A program made the position numbers and the translations under genes. Below, piece after piece: positions 1 through 11,989 of a stretch of 64,000 bases of DNA (positions are counted from its first letter, which is position 1; each line of letters begins with the position of its first letter). The notes beneath the pieces were generated by a model. The model made no database searches. It was not told the origin of the DNA and worked only from the letters and a program-made list of their open reading frames with translations. This DNA comes from Paragordius varius (lineage: Eukaryota; Animalia; Nematomorpha), in NCBI GenBank assembly GCA_964247055.1, contig OZ176053.1, positions 10,106,001 to 10,170,000 on the forward strand, given 5' to 3'.

Positions 1-773
1 CACGCTTAGCACTCAAACTGGCATCCCATCAATCCCCAATGATAATTTTTCCAGTACCTATGTCTCCTCTTTAGCAAATGGAAAAAATATATCCAATAAA
101 AATGGACTCAAATTGACTCGTAATATTATATAAACTTTTTTCTATTGAAAATTGTTTAACTTAATCACCGCTAATTATATATGCATAATGTAATAGTTGG
201 GAAAGATTTAACACTGTGCGAAAAATCCGTTCAACAATCGATTTACTACCAAGGATTTTTATACAAAAAGTCTGGATCTTTGATTAAAGAATGGAAACCA
301 AGATGGGTCGTATTAGATGCAGTTCGTCATGAGGTAATCATAATTTTCAATATGTTATAAGATATATTATTTGTACTTATTTTTTTATACATTTTTTTCT
401 TTTTTATAGTTACGTTATTACGAAAATGAAAATGATCGAATTTGTCGGGGAGTCATTGAATTGTCACACCCATATAGTGTTTTCCCTTGTGCTAATGCTC
501 CACTAACCTCGGAAAAGTTGGATGAAAATCAACCTCATCAGTATTTTGAAGTAGTTTAATACATTTATTTTACATTTTATTCACACAAATATTATTATAC
601 TTTTTGACAAATACAAAGTATGGAACGGTAAGAATAGTTAAAAATATTAATTTTTTTATTTTAATTTATAATAGATTCATGTTGAAAAACGTACCTATAC
701 ATTTGCGGCATTTGACAGTCATTCAGCCAAAGAATGGATATCGCGCTTGAGGCATTTAAGCACAATACACTAA
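1..773 (+). CDS. 3' end of a gene with a C-terminal PH domain, SBF1/SBF2 (MTMR5/MTMR13, myotubularin-related)-like; 5'-truncated by the window
   Basis: Exons <1-119, 197-333, 410-550, 675-773 (TAA) with GT-AG introns of 77, 76 and 124 nt and consistent phases (1,0,0). Joined translation ...YYQGFLYKKSGSLIKEWKPRWVVLDAVRHE|LRYYENENDRICRGVIELSHP...QYFE|IHVEKRTYTFAAFDSHSAKEWISRLRHLSTIH* is a canonical PH domain and follows the SBF C-terminal pattern as recalled (YEGxLYKxG..KxWKxRWFVLD..KHQLRYY). Not in the ORF track because the exons are short. Confidence 0.75.
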
Positions 774-1092
774 TTTACTCGTAATTTAGAGTTAATTATT
801 ATTATTACCTACTATTAATTACAATTTAAAAAATGCATTTAATTATGATTGATATTCATTTCTGCCATGGTAGATGTTGCATTAATTTGAAATGATTATT
901 TTGATACTGTAGTCAATTTAACACCCTTTTACAAATATTTATTATACAAAATAAATCAAAAAATCATTTTATTTCATCAGTAAAGTCAATAAAGTTATCA
1001 AAACGAAAAATTGTTAATTTATCATATGAATGTATAAATATAGATAAATATGTGTAATTTTATTTGCATTCAACTCGCACATTGATAATTTC

Positions 1093-4000
1093 TTACTCAA
1101 AGAATTTATCGATTCTTGGACGATTGTTAGAATTTGTTTTGGCTTGATAATTATTAGTGTCATGAGATCCTGGTGCATTACTGCAAAAATCCATATTGAT
1201 AGGGTTTGTAATATTGTTTGTGACATTTGATCGACCATTTAATACTCCATCCGAGGTTTGATCATTCTTTTTCCCGTGTCTTATATTTTTAGTATGATTC
1301 AAAATATTTTTGGTTGGTTTACAATCTGGGCCAATGCTCTTTTTAGCTGACATTTGTACTTGATTACTAACATTATTTTTATAATTGGCGGGTATATGGT
1401 GTGGACCCAGTTTCAAAGTTTCTTTTTTCAGTTCATCCAAAATATCACGTCTGAATATTGTATCTTTCTTATTAGCCAATACACGCAATGTATTCCGGTC
1501 AGCCCGTATCATACCAAATTTCATACCCGATTGTTGATTCATATGATGATTTGCGGGAACATATCGATGTGGTCCACTCTCAATATTATTATTATTGAAA
1601 TGGGATTTATTATCACCGCTGAAACCACCGTTTGGGAAATGGTTATCTAAAAAACCTATTTTATTTGCCATCCCATTTTTCCCAAAAGTTTGTTTCTTAT
1701 TACCAAACATCATTATCCCATTATTTGGGTATTTATAGCTATTTTGCTCCATATCATAATTCAAAGCTAAATGTTCGTAATCTTTGATGTCGGCACTGTT
1801 TGCATCAAATTCATTCAACAACCGTTCATTAAACTTTGGATTATTAATTTTTTCTGATAAGGCCAGGAAGCGTTTGGCAAACGCCGCATCTAATGTATTG
1901 GTAGTATACTTCCGTGTAGTCAACCTACCATCTGCCCGAATAGTCATATTTTTTGCCAAATTTTGGGCCACTGATCTTCGACCACGCAGTCCTACACCAA
2001 AATCTGATTCTCTTGTTCGGCCTCCTCCAAAACCCATAGGAGCATTTCCATCAAACTGTCTGCCACCACGTGAGTTATTCAGGTTAGTTGGGTAAGGGAG
2101 ATGCATAGGATTTTTAAAACTCGAGTTTATTCCTCCTCCGCCGTTTTCATTGATTGAAGCCTCATATTCGATTTCATCGTCCAATCCTTCCAATTTCTGT
2201 AATTCTCTTACCAGGGCAACAGCCTGTTCTGCCGTCAGTTGTGGAGGGTACGCGGTGCCATCCTTACCTTTCTTTAGACCTGACCTAAAGCGTGATAATC
2301 CCCGTCTTTTACTACAACATTTTAGGAATTTTAGTTCGGTCGTAGCCAATATTAGCTGAAATGTGCTAAATCTGTGTGCCAACATGGCAATGAATTGGGT
2401 AATGAGTAAAAACATAAAAACGACCAAAAACACCAAAGCAATCGGTTCTAGTTTTAGGTATTGTTTATTATCATGATTGACAAACAGCGATTCAAAGTGA
2501 TCTTCATAGCTCTCATCATCCAATACCTGTCCATCACCCCCGACTTTCGCCGAGTCGATTCGTTTGCCCCAGGGCCATTCAATAAATATTTTATCTTTAC
2601 GCAATTGCAACAAGAATATGATAAGGATAAAACATGCGTTCACCATATAAAACCCCAAAATAACCTATAGGTAATTACAAATTATTAAACTTTATTCCGT
2701 AGAGATTTCAAATCAGACTTTATCTTAATTTTGTGTTCATCATCCTCGTCAAGTGGGTATAAATAGGTTTCAATCAATTCTTTCCAAAATGTTTCTTCAT
2801 CTAACGTCACTTCCAGGAGTTCTCCTTTTTTCAAATTTTTATCATTGACCCAGAATAAATCTAATTTAACAAAATAAAAAACTATTGTTATATGTAGAGA
2901 ATTAATAGGTTTTTTAATAAAATTAAGTTTCTGGTTTTTTTTATTATATATATATTTATTGATAAATATAATATGTAATACCATCTAATTTGTTAACTCC
3001 AGGAGAAGATGCGATGATTGAATTATTCATGTCTATCCGGACTTGTTTGGCAGTCTTTTTACCACCATTTATTTTAACTGTTTTAGGTTCTGTACCAAAA
3101 TTATCGTGCGAGCCAGATAGCAGATTTGTGGTTTCATCCACTTGATCTGTTAAAAGGTATGGATCGATTCGGTGAGCTTTCCTGTGCTTTTTATTTCTGT
3201 GTCTGTGGGATCTGTGTTTTCTTACAACCGTTCGTTTATTGGGACTATTGACGCAACAAGTAAGTCTACACAATGTTCCACAATTAAAGGCAAATCCATC
3301 ATCTGGATGGATTGCCACATCTGAATTATCGGATGAATAGCAAGAATCGAGATCGGATTCACATTCTGATGAGGATGAAGAGGAGGCATATACAATTTTG
3401 CTTAATTTGCGCATTACTGCGGCCTGCTTTTCATGGGCAGCTAAATGCTCAAAGCCTTCATCTCGTTCTGCCTGCGCCTGAGCTTCAAGTAAATCTTCCA
3501 ACAAAGCCGGAGGGCTCGTAGGTTTGTTGGGTAAGTTGTCGTGATTTATGCCTTCATCTTCGTTTAATGGGTGATAGAAAGGGTCTCGCTTGTTGTGTAA
3601 CAAATCCTTTAAATAACCGTAATGAGGTAAATTTTGTTGTGCCATTAAATCTAATCTATCAGCCAAACTGTTTGATGAATTCTTTCGATAGCTTTTGTTT
3701 GTGACAAGCAATGGTATTCGGCTTTCATCCTGAATGCGATTTACCTTGTCCGACAGGTAACGCAATTTTAATGCTTTCCAACGTGATTTCGCCATGTCAT
3801 GCAATCTTTTTCTCCGTTTGTGCGCTCGCAGTCGATCTATTTTGTCGGCACCTGGAACTTCACGTGTTCCCCATTGTACTACGTGCAAGTTAGTCAGAGA
3901 ATAAATGATCAGCAATAAATACATGGCTGGTATAGCTAAAAAGTACAAGATTCCATATGCAATATTCCAAAATTCTTGGGGATGCAATAAGGCCGCTATA

Positions 4001-7000
4001 AAGAAACATCCGACAAATACAAACAAGAATATGGAACTAGGTGAAGTTAAACCATCATCGGTAATTTGGACAGAAATACCGACGGATACGGATATCATAA
4101 GCAATGCATAACATGCACTCAGAAAGGCTGCAATTAATAATTGTGTTTCGGAGTTGGTACATAAGCAAACAAACACAAAACATGCTATAGGAACTAAATT
4201 TAGCGCAAACGATTTCCACAAATTTATATGAAAAACCAATGCAACGGCTCCGACTATCATAAGAAAAATGGTTCCTGGTCCGATCAAGGCACACGCTAAA
4301 AGTGCCCACTGATATGCAATATAAGCCAGGGATATACTATCATTCATTTGAATTGTTTTAGTATGGCTGCACAAAAGATCAAGGATATTAGCTAGTGTTG
4401 ATGGAATCCATCTTCTTCGTTGATTGTAAAATTCGAAAAATCCCTCAGGAGCATGAGTAAAGGCGTCAGCAGCTGCACAGTATTCTACTCGATAACCTTG
4501 TTGCAATAGCAAAGTTGATAACCACCGATCTTCACCTAACATATATATATATAGATAATGTTGATAATTTTCTCTTAACAATGGGTTTTAACATATGTTT
4601 AAACAAATATATTTTAAAAAATAGTAGCATTATATACATTTTATTTAAAATATTCGAGAATGGTTCAAAATTAAACCTTGATCGTATTGTACATAATGCA
4701 TGGCTTTTTCGGATTTTGATGCGTATTTTCGCATTACATTATCATCCATAAGTGCTGATGCGCGGAAAAGACTAAAACAACCAGGACTGCAAAGAACGCA
4801 CCCTATCATATGTTCCGTGGCTTTTTGAAACCAGTGGCCGATAGCATATTCGAACTTTTGATACCATACCATAGGTCCTGGATAAAAAAGGAGTTGATGA
4901 GAGTTACATTATATCATATTTAAATTCTTTCACAAAAAATGTTTTTATTAAAAATGTGTCGATTAATATTCAGTTGAATGAACCTGGGCAAAGGTTAAAT
5001 TAGGCTGAAACGCCACTATTTGTATGTCTCAAAAATATTTTTTAAGATTTATAATCTTAACAAAACACTCTATGGATTAGCAATCAGATATAAAAATTGG
5101 AATAAGGCGTTTAATTTTTGATGTTTTTTACCATTAACACATAGTTTTTGGCCGGCTTTTGTCAAATTAAAATGCTAATTATCGGCATCCACTTAAGATA
5201 ATAGTTATTGGTTATTTTGGCATCTTATTAGAAAACAAAGAAATATTTCACAGATCTAGATAAAAGTTTAAATTTGATATTCCACCAAATGAAAACTAGA
5301 TAAATTAGGAAAGCTAGGAGTAACTATTACTACATATTGTATGACCATGTATGAAAAATGGAATAGCACATATTTTTGTAACAGTAGTATATGATAACAT
5401 ACTTTTCAGAGTAATTCATATATCTTTGTCGCATCATATCACACAGTATTTTTTACTTTAGGTATTAAATTTTTATTTTAAATAAGAAACAAACAGGAAA
5501 TATATATAAACCTGATCCAACAGGGTGAATACGCCCACATGCAGCTCCTACCTTGTGGTTTTTCTTCATAAGATCTATAAGTAATTGGGCGGCCGCTGGT
5601 TTAACATCTACATCCCCATCCAAAGTTAGGATAAATGTATTATCCGCTCGTATTTGTTTACGTTGTATATCATCGATTTGTACCCATAGTTTTTGACCCA
5701 ATAAGTAGTACATGTACATAACCTAATTTCGTTGCACAAAAGGAATTAAAATTATCATTGTAATTAGATGATTAGGACCCACAAACTATGAGACTTACCT
5801 GGCTCCACCGTTTTTTGTTACGGATCTTGGTGCGATCTTTTAAATGAACATTTAACGTATTTCTTCCCGGTAAATTCCAAGTCAACTTACCTCCATACGG
5901 CATTATATATTTTTTGGGTGGAGCTAACCTCATGGGTGTTCTGTGAACCGCACTATGACGAAAATGATTTATATAAAAATCAATTTCGTCAAGTAACAAT
6001 AACATTATTTATTACATAATAAATATCAATCATACCTTGCGGCAATATCAACAACACTAATTAGTTGTCTAACAAAAGAATTTATAGTTCTTTGACCATG
6101 TTCATTCTCATCAAAGGCTTCATCCACAAATATATGTGCTGTGAAACAAAAGGAATAAATAGTAAATAAAATCAATAATTGATATTTGATAAAGCACTTT
6201 ACCTTCAAACTCGTAATAGTCTGGATCGGCTACTTTCAAGAACTTTTCAGCTTTTCTTCTGGCACTTTGATCTTCATCCATCCTATGCCATTATATATGG
6301 TTAATATAGATTGGTCTTTTTTCAAACTTTAAAATTTTTTCATTACAATAAATAATATGACAGAGTTGCATTTTATACCTAGTTAAATTTTAAAATCTGT
6401 TTTTCCGATCAGATATTTTAGGTGACGCAAAAGCAATATTCATTTATATAAAAAAATAATCTATACAATAATACTCGGAAATATCTCCCTAATTTGGAAG
6501 GCAAAACTCCAAATTTAAAATTTTTCATTCCATCATTTACAGAAAAATGAAAAAGTTATTTACCTAAAAATTGATTTCAACACTTGTGTCATTTCGTCCG
6601 CAGTTTCATGCCACATAGTGGCACATATATAGATTCTAATGGTGGAATCATCTCCATTGTTTATATCTTCACTTGGACCTAAGCTAGCTATCAAGTCTTG
6701 ATCTGTATTGCCTGAACTATTGTTGGAGGAGGATTTGAACCCGGAATCAAGATGTTTTTCCAAACTCTCGATACTTGCATATATATTGTTGCCATTTATA
6801 TCTTTCTTGATAACTGTCGGTTTATTACTAGTTTTGGAACTAATATTCGTGTTGTTATTCACCTTTTGCAATAATTTATCAGGAGTTGGTCCATATCTAT
6901 TATCGGCCAAATTTGCTTTTAACGTTCGCATCTTTCCATCAGCACCCATCAAGCTCCCATCAAAGGCCCTGGATCCCCGATGCCATAAAACATTTTCACC

Positions 7001-9752
7001 AAAATCATCTAGTTCGTCCTCTTCCTCCAAATGATACTGATCCAAATCGTCTTCGTCGTATATGCCATAAGAAATTTTCTCGTTTTCTGAAAACTATTTA
7101 GATTTCGTAATTAATTTACGAATTTAAAATAATTTATAAATTGGTTTTCACTCTACAAAACATGTTAAAATATATATATAAATTATCGAATAATTCTTAT
7201 AAAAAAATATTTTATATACCGCTCTTCGTAGTAGCTTGCGCTTTCTATCCCTTCTCCGGTTTAATGATAATGATTGTACTAATGCTATTGGGCAATACAT
7301 CGGACTTATAAAGAGCCTATGCGAATAAATATTTTATATGAAACATATTAAAATTTATCCAAAATTGTAAAAATAATACTTTTCAGTTTTAGCTAATCTC
7401 TCGACTTTAGGAAACCAAATGTGAAGAGTGATCCAAAACTGGGCTAATATCCAAATCATCCAAACTCCACAAATTTTATAAATAACATTTGTATCTGATT
7501 GACATTTCCAAAATACATTGTCTGGTATAAAACGGGACCTCATGGAACATGGATCCTTTTGTTCATATACACAGCTCAATCCTATGATTGATACTAATAC
7601 TGGAATCGATAGTGTAAGCGGTAAGGCAAAACTAAACCCTTGAATTTTAACTTTACAAGTGAATTTACTAACGTAGTAACAAATCAGACAGGCACAAACT
7701 TGAGTTAACACTAAAGACCATATCATAGATGGCGATATGTTTGAAGAAGCAAAAAGTGTAATGCCCAACAGATATTCGAGTTTATGAATACCAAGTTTGG
7801 CTGCTTCCTCTTTGATATCCGTGATTTGAAAAAAGGCTGGTCCTCTTGTTTTGAGTGCACCAATTAAAGATTTGAGATTCATTATACCCTGATCTAATTG
7901 CAATATATCGAGTGCCGATGTCAATAGCCAAACATTATTTTCTAACTTATTCATATCCGCACTAACCCTTTTGCGCAAGCTCGATATATACTCCGAAACA
8001 AAGGAGCTTGATACAGAAGGTGATCGGTTCAAATTTTCTACTAGTTTAGCATATTCGGCACCAAAAAATGTACGAATTTGATTTTCTTGATTTGATTCAT
8101 TTTTTAGAAATTCAACAAACATCGGGTTTACGCTAAAATAATAAACGTTTGAATGAGAATTTCCATTTAAATCCGATTGCAAAAAGAGTGGCCATAATAG
8201 TTTTCGATATGTTCGCAGAGTTTGACTAGGATTTTCGAAAATGGTTGAAACGTCAAAAAAATTGTAATTTAGTTTAAATAATGCAAAGCCACTTATGATA
8301 CAGACGCTAAGTATAATTTTCCATATACTAACAAAAATGTAAGTTTTCGCTCTGCTTCGTTTTAATAAGTCTTTGGTTATTACAAGGGTTTTAAACCCAA
8401 AAAGTTTAGCAGTATTAGTATCCACAAAATTTTCCCACCAAGTTAATGAGATAAGTATGGCAGATAATGGAATTACCCATATAATATTACTTGACAAGGT
8501 GTTTGAATAAGAGGTGCCGTCGTTTAAAATACCATTCCATACATTTTGGGGGGATGCTGTACGTGTCAACAGTGGCCACATAACAAGCCCCCCAACTAAT
8601 GCTATGAGTGACAATCCATCTAGGCCTACTTTTATCCAACGTGTCGCAATAACATTCGTTGTCGCACTATTGTCACGACTTAGCATTTGTAACAGAGCGG
8701 GGATAATGCAGAAACTATACATGATTATGAGGCCTTGGAGAGAATCTGTTTGTGGTAGTACGATCAAAACATACATACACACTCCAATGATATGCAAAGT
8801 TTCCATTCCAAACACGATGCCCAATGTTGTCCACGTAGGGGACGTGGTTGTGTGAAAAAGTGTTTGTCTCAAACTCCGGATCAGGACAAAGGTTGAGGGA
8901 AGCGTCATGCATAGCAAAATGGCCCAAAGCCAACGTAATCCATTAAGTCTAAAGGGATCCAGAGCAGATTGGTTGGACAATAACTGGATAGCTGATACAT
9001 CTATTCCATTTTCTTTGAATTCATTTGATGTTTCAAGCAACTCTACCATAGGTGTTCTTTCATATAGAGCATATATGGGTATATGGGTTTTGCTGCTCTG
9101 TAAGGATTTTGCAAACTTTCTTTTCAGCCGATTTGTTTTATCATTAGATGTTTTGGACAATAGATTTTTAGCCGTATTTGTGCGGTACAAACAAACTTCT
9201 TTGATTTGAAAATTTATTATTTGTGTGGAATCAATGGCATCCAAAGTATTGTTAGAGTGTGGTGTGGATCTTGCGACAGAAATTTTCTGATCAAAATTAT
9301 CATTGTTTAGATTTGCCGTAAGTAATAATAGAATGCCCATACTGGCCACTGAGGTGACCAGGACCAAAAGAAAGGTTACCAAGTAAACTACACATTTGGC
9401 TATTTGTTTGAAGGCTTCGACAAATCTATTCGTTTCATCAAAATCTTTGGTATCAACGGGAACGATACGAAATATATCCCATGGCGTAGTTGTGCTGTAT
9501 GAACTAGCTGATCTATATTATATAATTATATTGCATGAAATTAGGACAAAATCTGACAATTCATTTATGTTTAAACGCTATATTTTTCGAACCAGTTTTA
9601 TAAAACTTAACAGACACATATGATATAATATACCTTTGATTTAGCTTGTCCGGGGCAGATGAATTATAACTAGATTCATGATCTTTATCTGTTAGGCTGG
9701 GTCTTGTCGCAGGTCGACTGATCCCATTCTCTCCACGTAACGATGGTTCCAT
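1093..9752 (-). CDS. CHS: Chitin synthase (metazoan type, GT2 family), complete, 12 exons, 2307 aa
   Basis: Exons (minus): 9752-9634, 9512-7380, 7316-7220, 7093-6564, 6282-6203, 6138-6036, 5952-5799, 5722-5512, 4877-4677, 4535-2982, 2860-2691, 2664-1093; total 6924 nt = 2308 codons, all GT-AG, phases consistent. Catalytic motifs intact: CATMWHET, LDGDVD, YQKFEYAIGHW, CSPGCFSLFR, QGEDRW, QRRRW, WGTRE. Multi-TM N-terminal and C-terminal regions present. No myosin motor domain. Confidence 0.97.
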
Positions 9753-11989
9753 AATTTTGTATGATAATTTTACAACAATATATTAAAATGATGCAGAGCC
9801 ATCAATTATGATTTAAATTTAATGGTAAATGTTCCTTTTTTGGAATAACAGGATGATAAAAGCGAATATTTTAATTAGCACAACTTTGATTGCGTTTATT
9901 CCCAGCCGAATTGAAAGTTTTGAAATGACGTTTTTTTCACACTTCTACTATTCATTTTTTGGTAAATGTGTCTAAACAAAAATATTCGTTTTTAATTTTA
10001 TTTTAACGATTTGTAGAGATTAGGGGAAATATTTGAAATATTTAGAATATAGTTAATTTGGTATGAATAGCTTTAACACATAAACGTATTAATTCATCGT
10101 CAATATAATGTTGTGGAAAAGTTGTATAAATTCGTTCTTTTTTTTCGATTTTATTTCTTCATGTTATAAATTGATTCATATCTAAACTGCATAAATAACC
10201 GAGAATGCGGTTTTCCCTCAATGAATAAAATCAAGATAACTCAAAAGCACAGATATATCAGTTTTTATTTAAATTTATGAATAATAGATTTAAAATTGAA
10301 AAAAGTAAATTCTTTTTTTAAATAAATTTGTCACATTGATAATTTTATTATTTTTATATTTAATAAGAGAATGTATCGTATCCCGTTTATCCTATAATAC
10401 TTTTGATAAATATTATTAGGGTTATAAAACTTTATGTTCATATTTACCAAAAATTTGCTGGGGGCCAAATAAAATATAATTATGTTTTTATTGTTTAGGG
10501 GTGAGTACTTTTTTCCAAAAAAATATTTTTATTCTCCATAATTATGGCTAATTCAATTTTATTTAATTTAAAAAAGATAGATAAACCCATAGACATTTTC
10601 TACAGATTTAAGTTAAACTGGTGCTTAGCGCAACTCAAATTAGAGCAATATATTGTATTCTTGTATTCAACAAAAAAAATGGTATCCTACATTTCCCGAG
10701 TAAATAAATTTTGAGTTGACACACAGAAAGTGAGACTTTGTTCCCTTATTATAATTTTTATCTATCTCTATATGTGCTGAATACTTAACAATATATTCCC
10801 ATTCAACAAGTTAGCTTAATTGAAAATACAGTAAAAAATCATTGTTTGATAAAATCATTTTATTTAAACAGTGTGAAACGAAGTGTGAAATTGTCTTCCT
10901 TGTTTCAAATTTGAATTGAATTAAATTAATTTGGGAATTTTCTTGAAGTTTTTTCGTACAAATAAATTAGGTTTTTCTTCCGAATATATAATACAATCGA
11001 TTTTATTTTATGGTTTTATATTGAAAGAATTTGATAGTAGTTGTTTTTTAATTTTCAAAATATTTAATTTTAACACCTTACATCTCTCATAACGTTTTAA
11101 TATTAAGTAGGTAATTAAATATATTGAGTAAATCAAATTTAAGTATATAGAGCTAGCTAATGATTAAAATGCAATCAGCATCATGTATACCAAATTATAT
11201 AAACAATGCAAAAAGCCTTGTTTCCTTAAATTCATTAACACATGAAAAACTAGTTGATCTGGTTTGTGGGTTAATTTTTTAAACTATAAAACAATCATTC
11301 AAAATTTAAAATATTATATAAAAATAATTTGTCACAATTCTTAGAATTAAAGTGTCCTAAATCTAAAATCCTCTCATATATATAATGTGCGGCGCATCTT
11401 TAAACCGTTGTTCTGATTGATACAAGCATTAAAATACTAAATTGATAATTTTGCTATGAAACTACATAGATACTTATTAATAAAATTAATTTTGTACAAA
11501 CAAATGTAAAAGTTCAAATACAAAAGTAAAACGCTAAAATAAAAAAAGATCAATCGATAAGGTAATTTAAAAAACTTACTCTTTATACTGATATATATAT
11601 ATATATATATATACATATATAAAATTAAAATTATATTATATAAAAGTTATATGATATAAGTGTAACAGTAAAAGTTTTTTATTGCAAAAAATTAGATATG
11701 TAGGCAAACGTATTGATTTGTAAGTCGAGATAAAGAAAATTGTTGTAGTTGACATAAATAAATACATATAAAGGTCAAAGTCAAATTACATAGAATCAAC
11801 TCTATATACATTTTGATACAATAAAATTTTAGAATCGCTAGATTTTGTCTAATATAAATGAAAAAAATATAATATGAAAATATATATATATATATATATA
11901 TAATACAAAAATTAGTTTTTCAAGCAATTTTTCACCTTTTATGTAAATATAACAAATCAATAGTGGTTCTAGGTATTCTGAATACAAAG

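Noticed and set aside
1014-9623. Plus-strand and alternative-frame ORFs overlapping chitin synthase (e.g. 1354-1650, 1784-2095, 6708-7034, 8514-8855, 8907-9209)
   Set aside because: Antisense or off-frame shadows of CHS exons with no independent motifs.
9300-9752. N-terminal myosin motor domain as in some molluscan and fungal chitin synthases
   Set aside because: The ATG at 9752 leads into the first TM region within about 80 aa, and no myosin-like exons are visible upstream.
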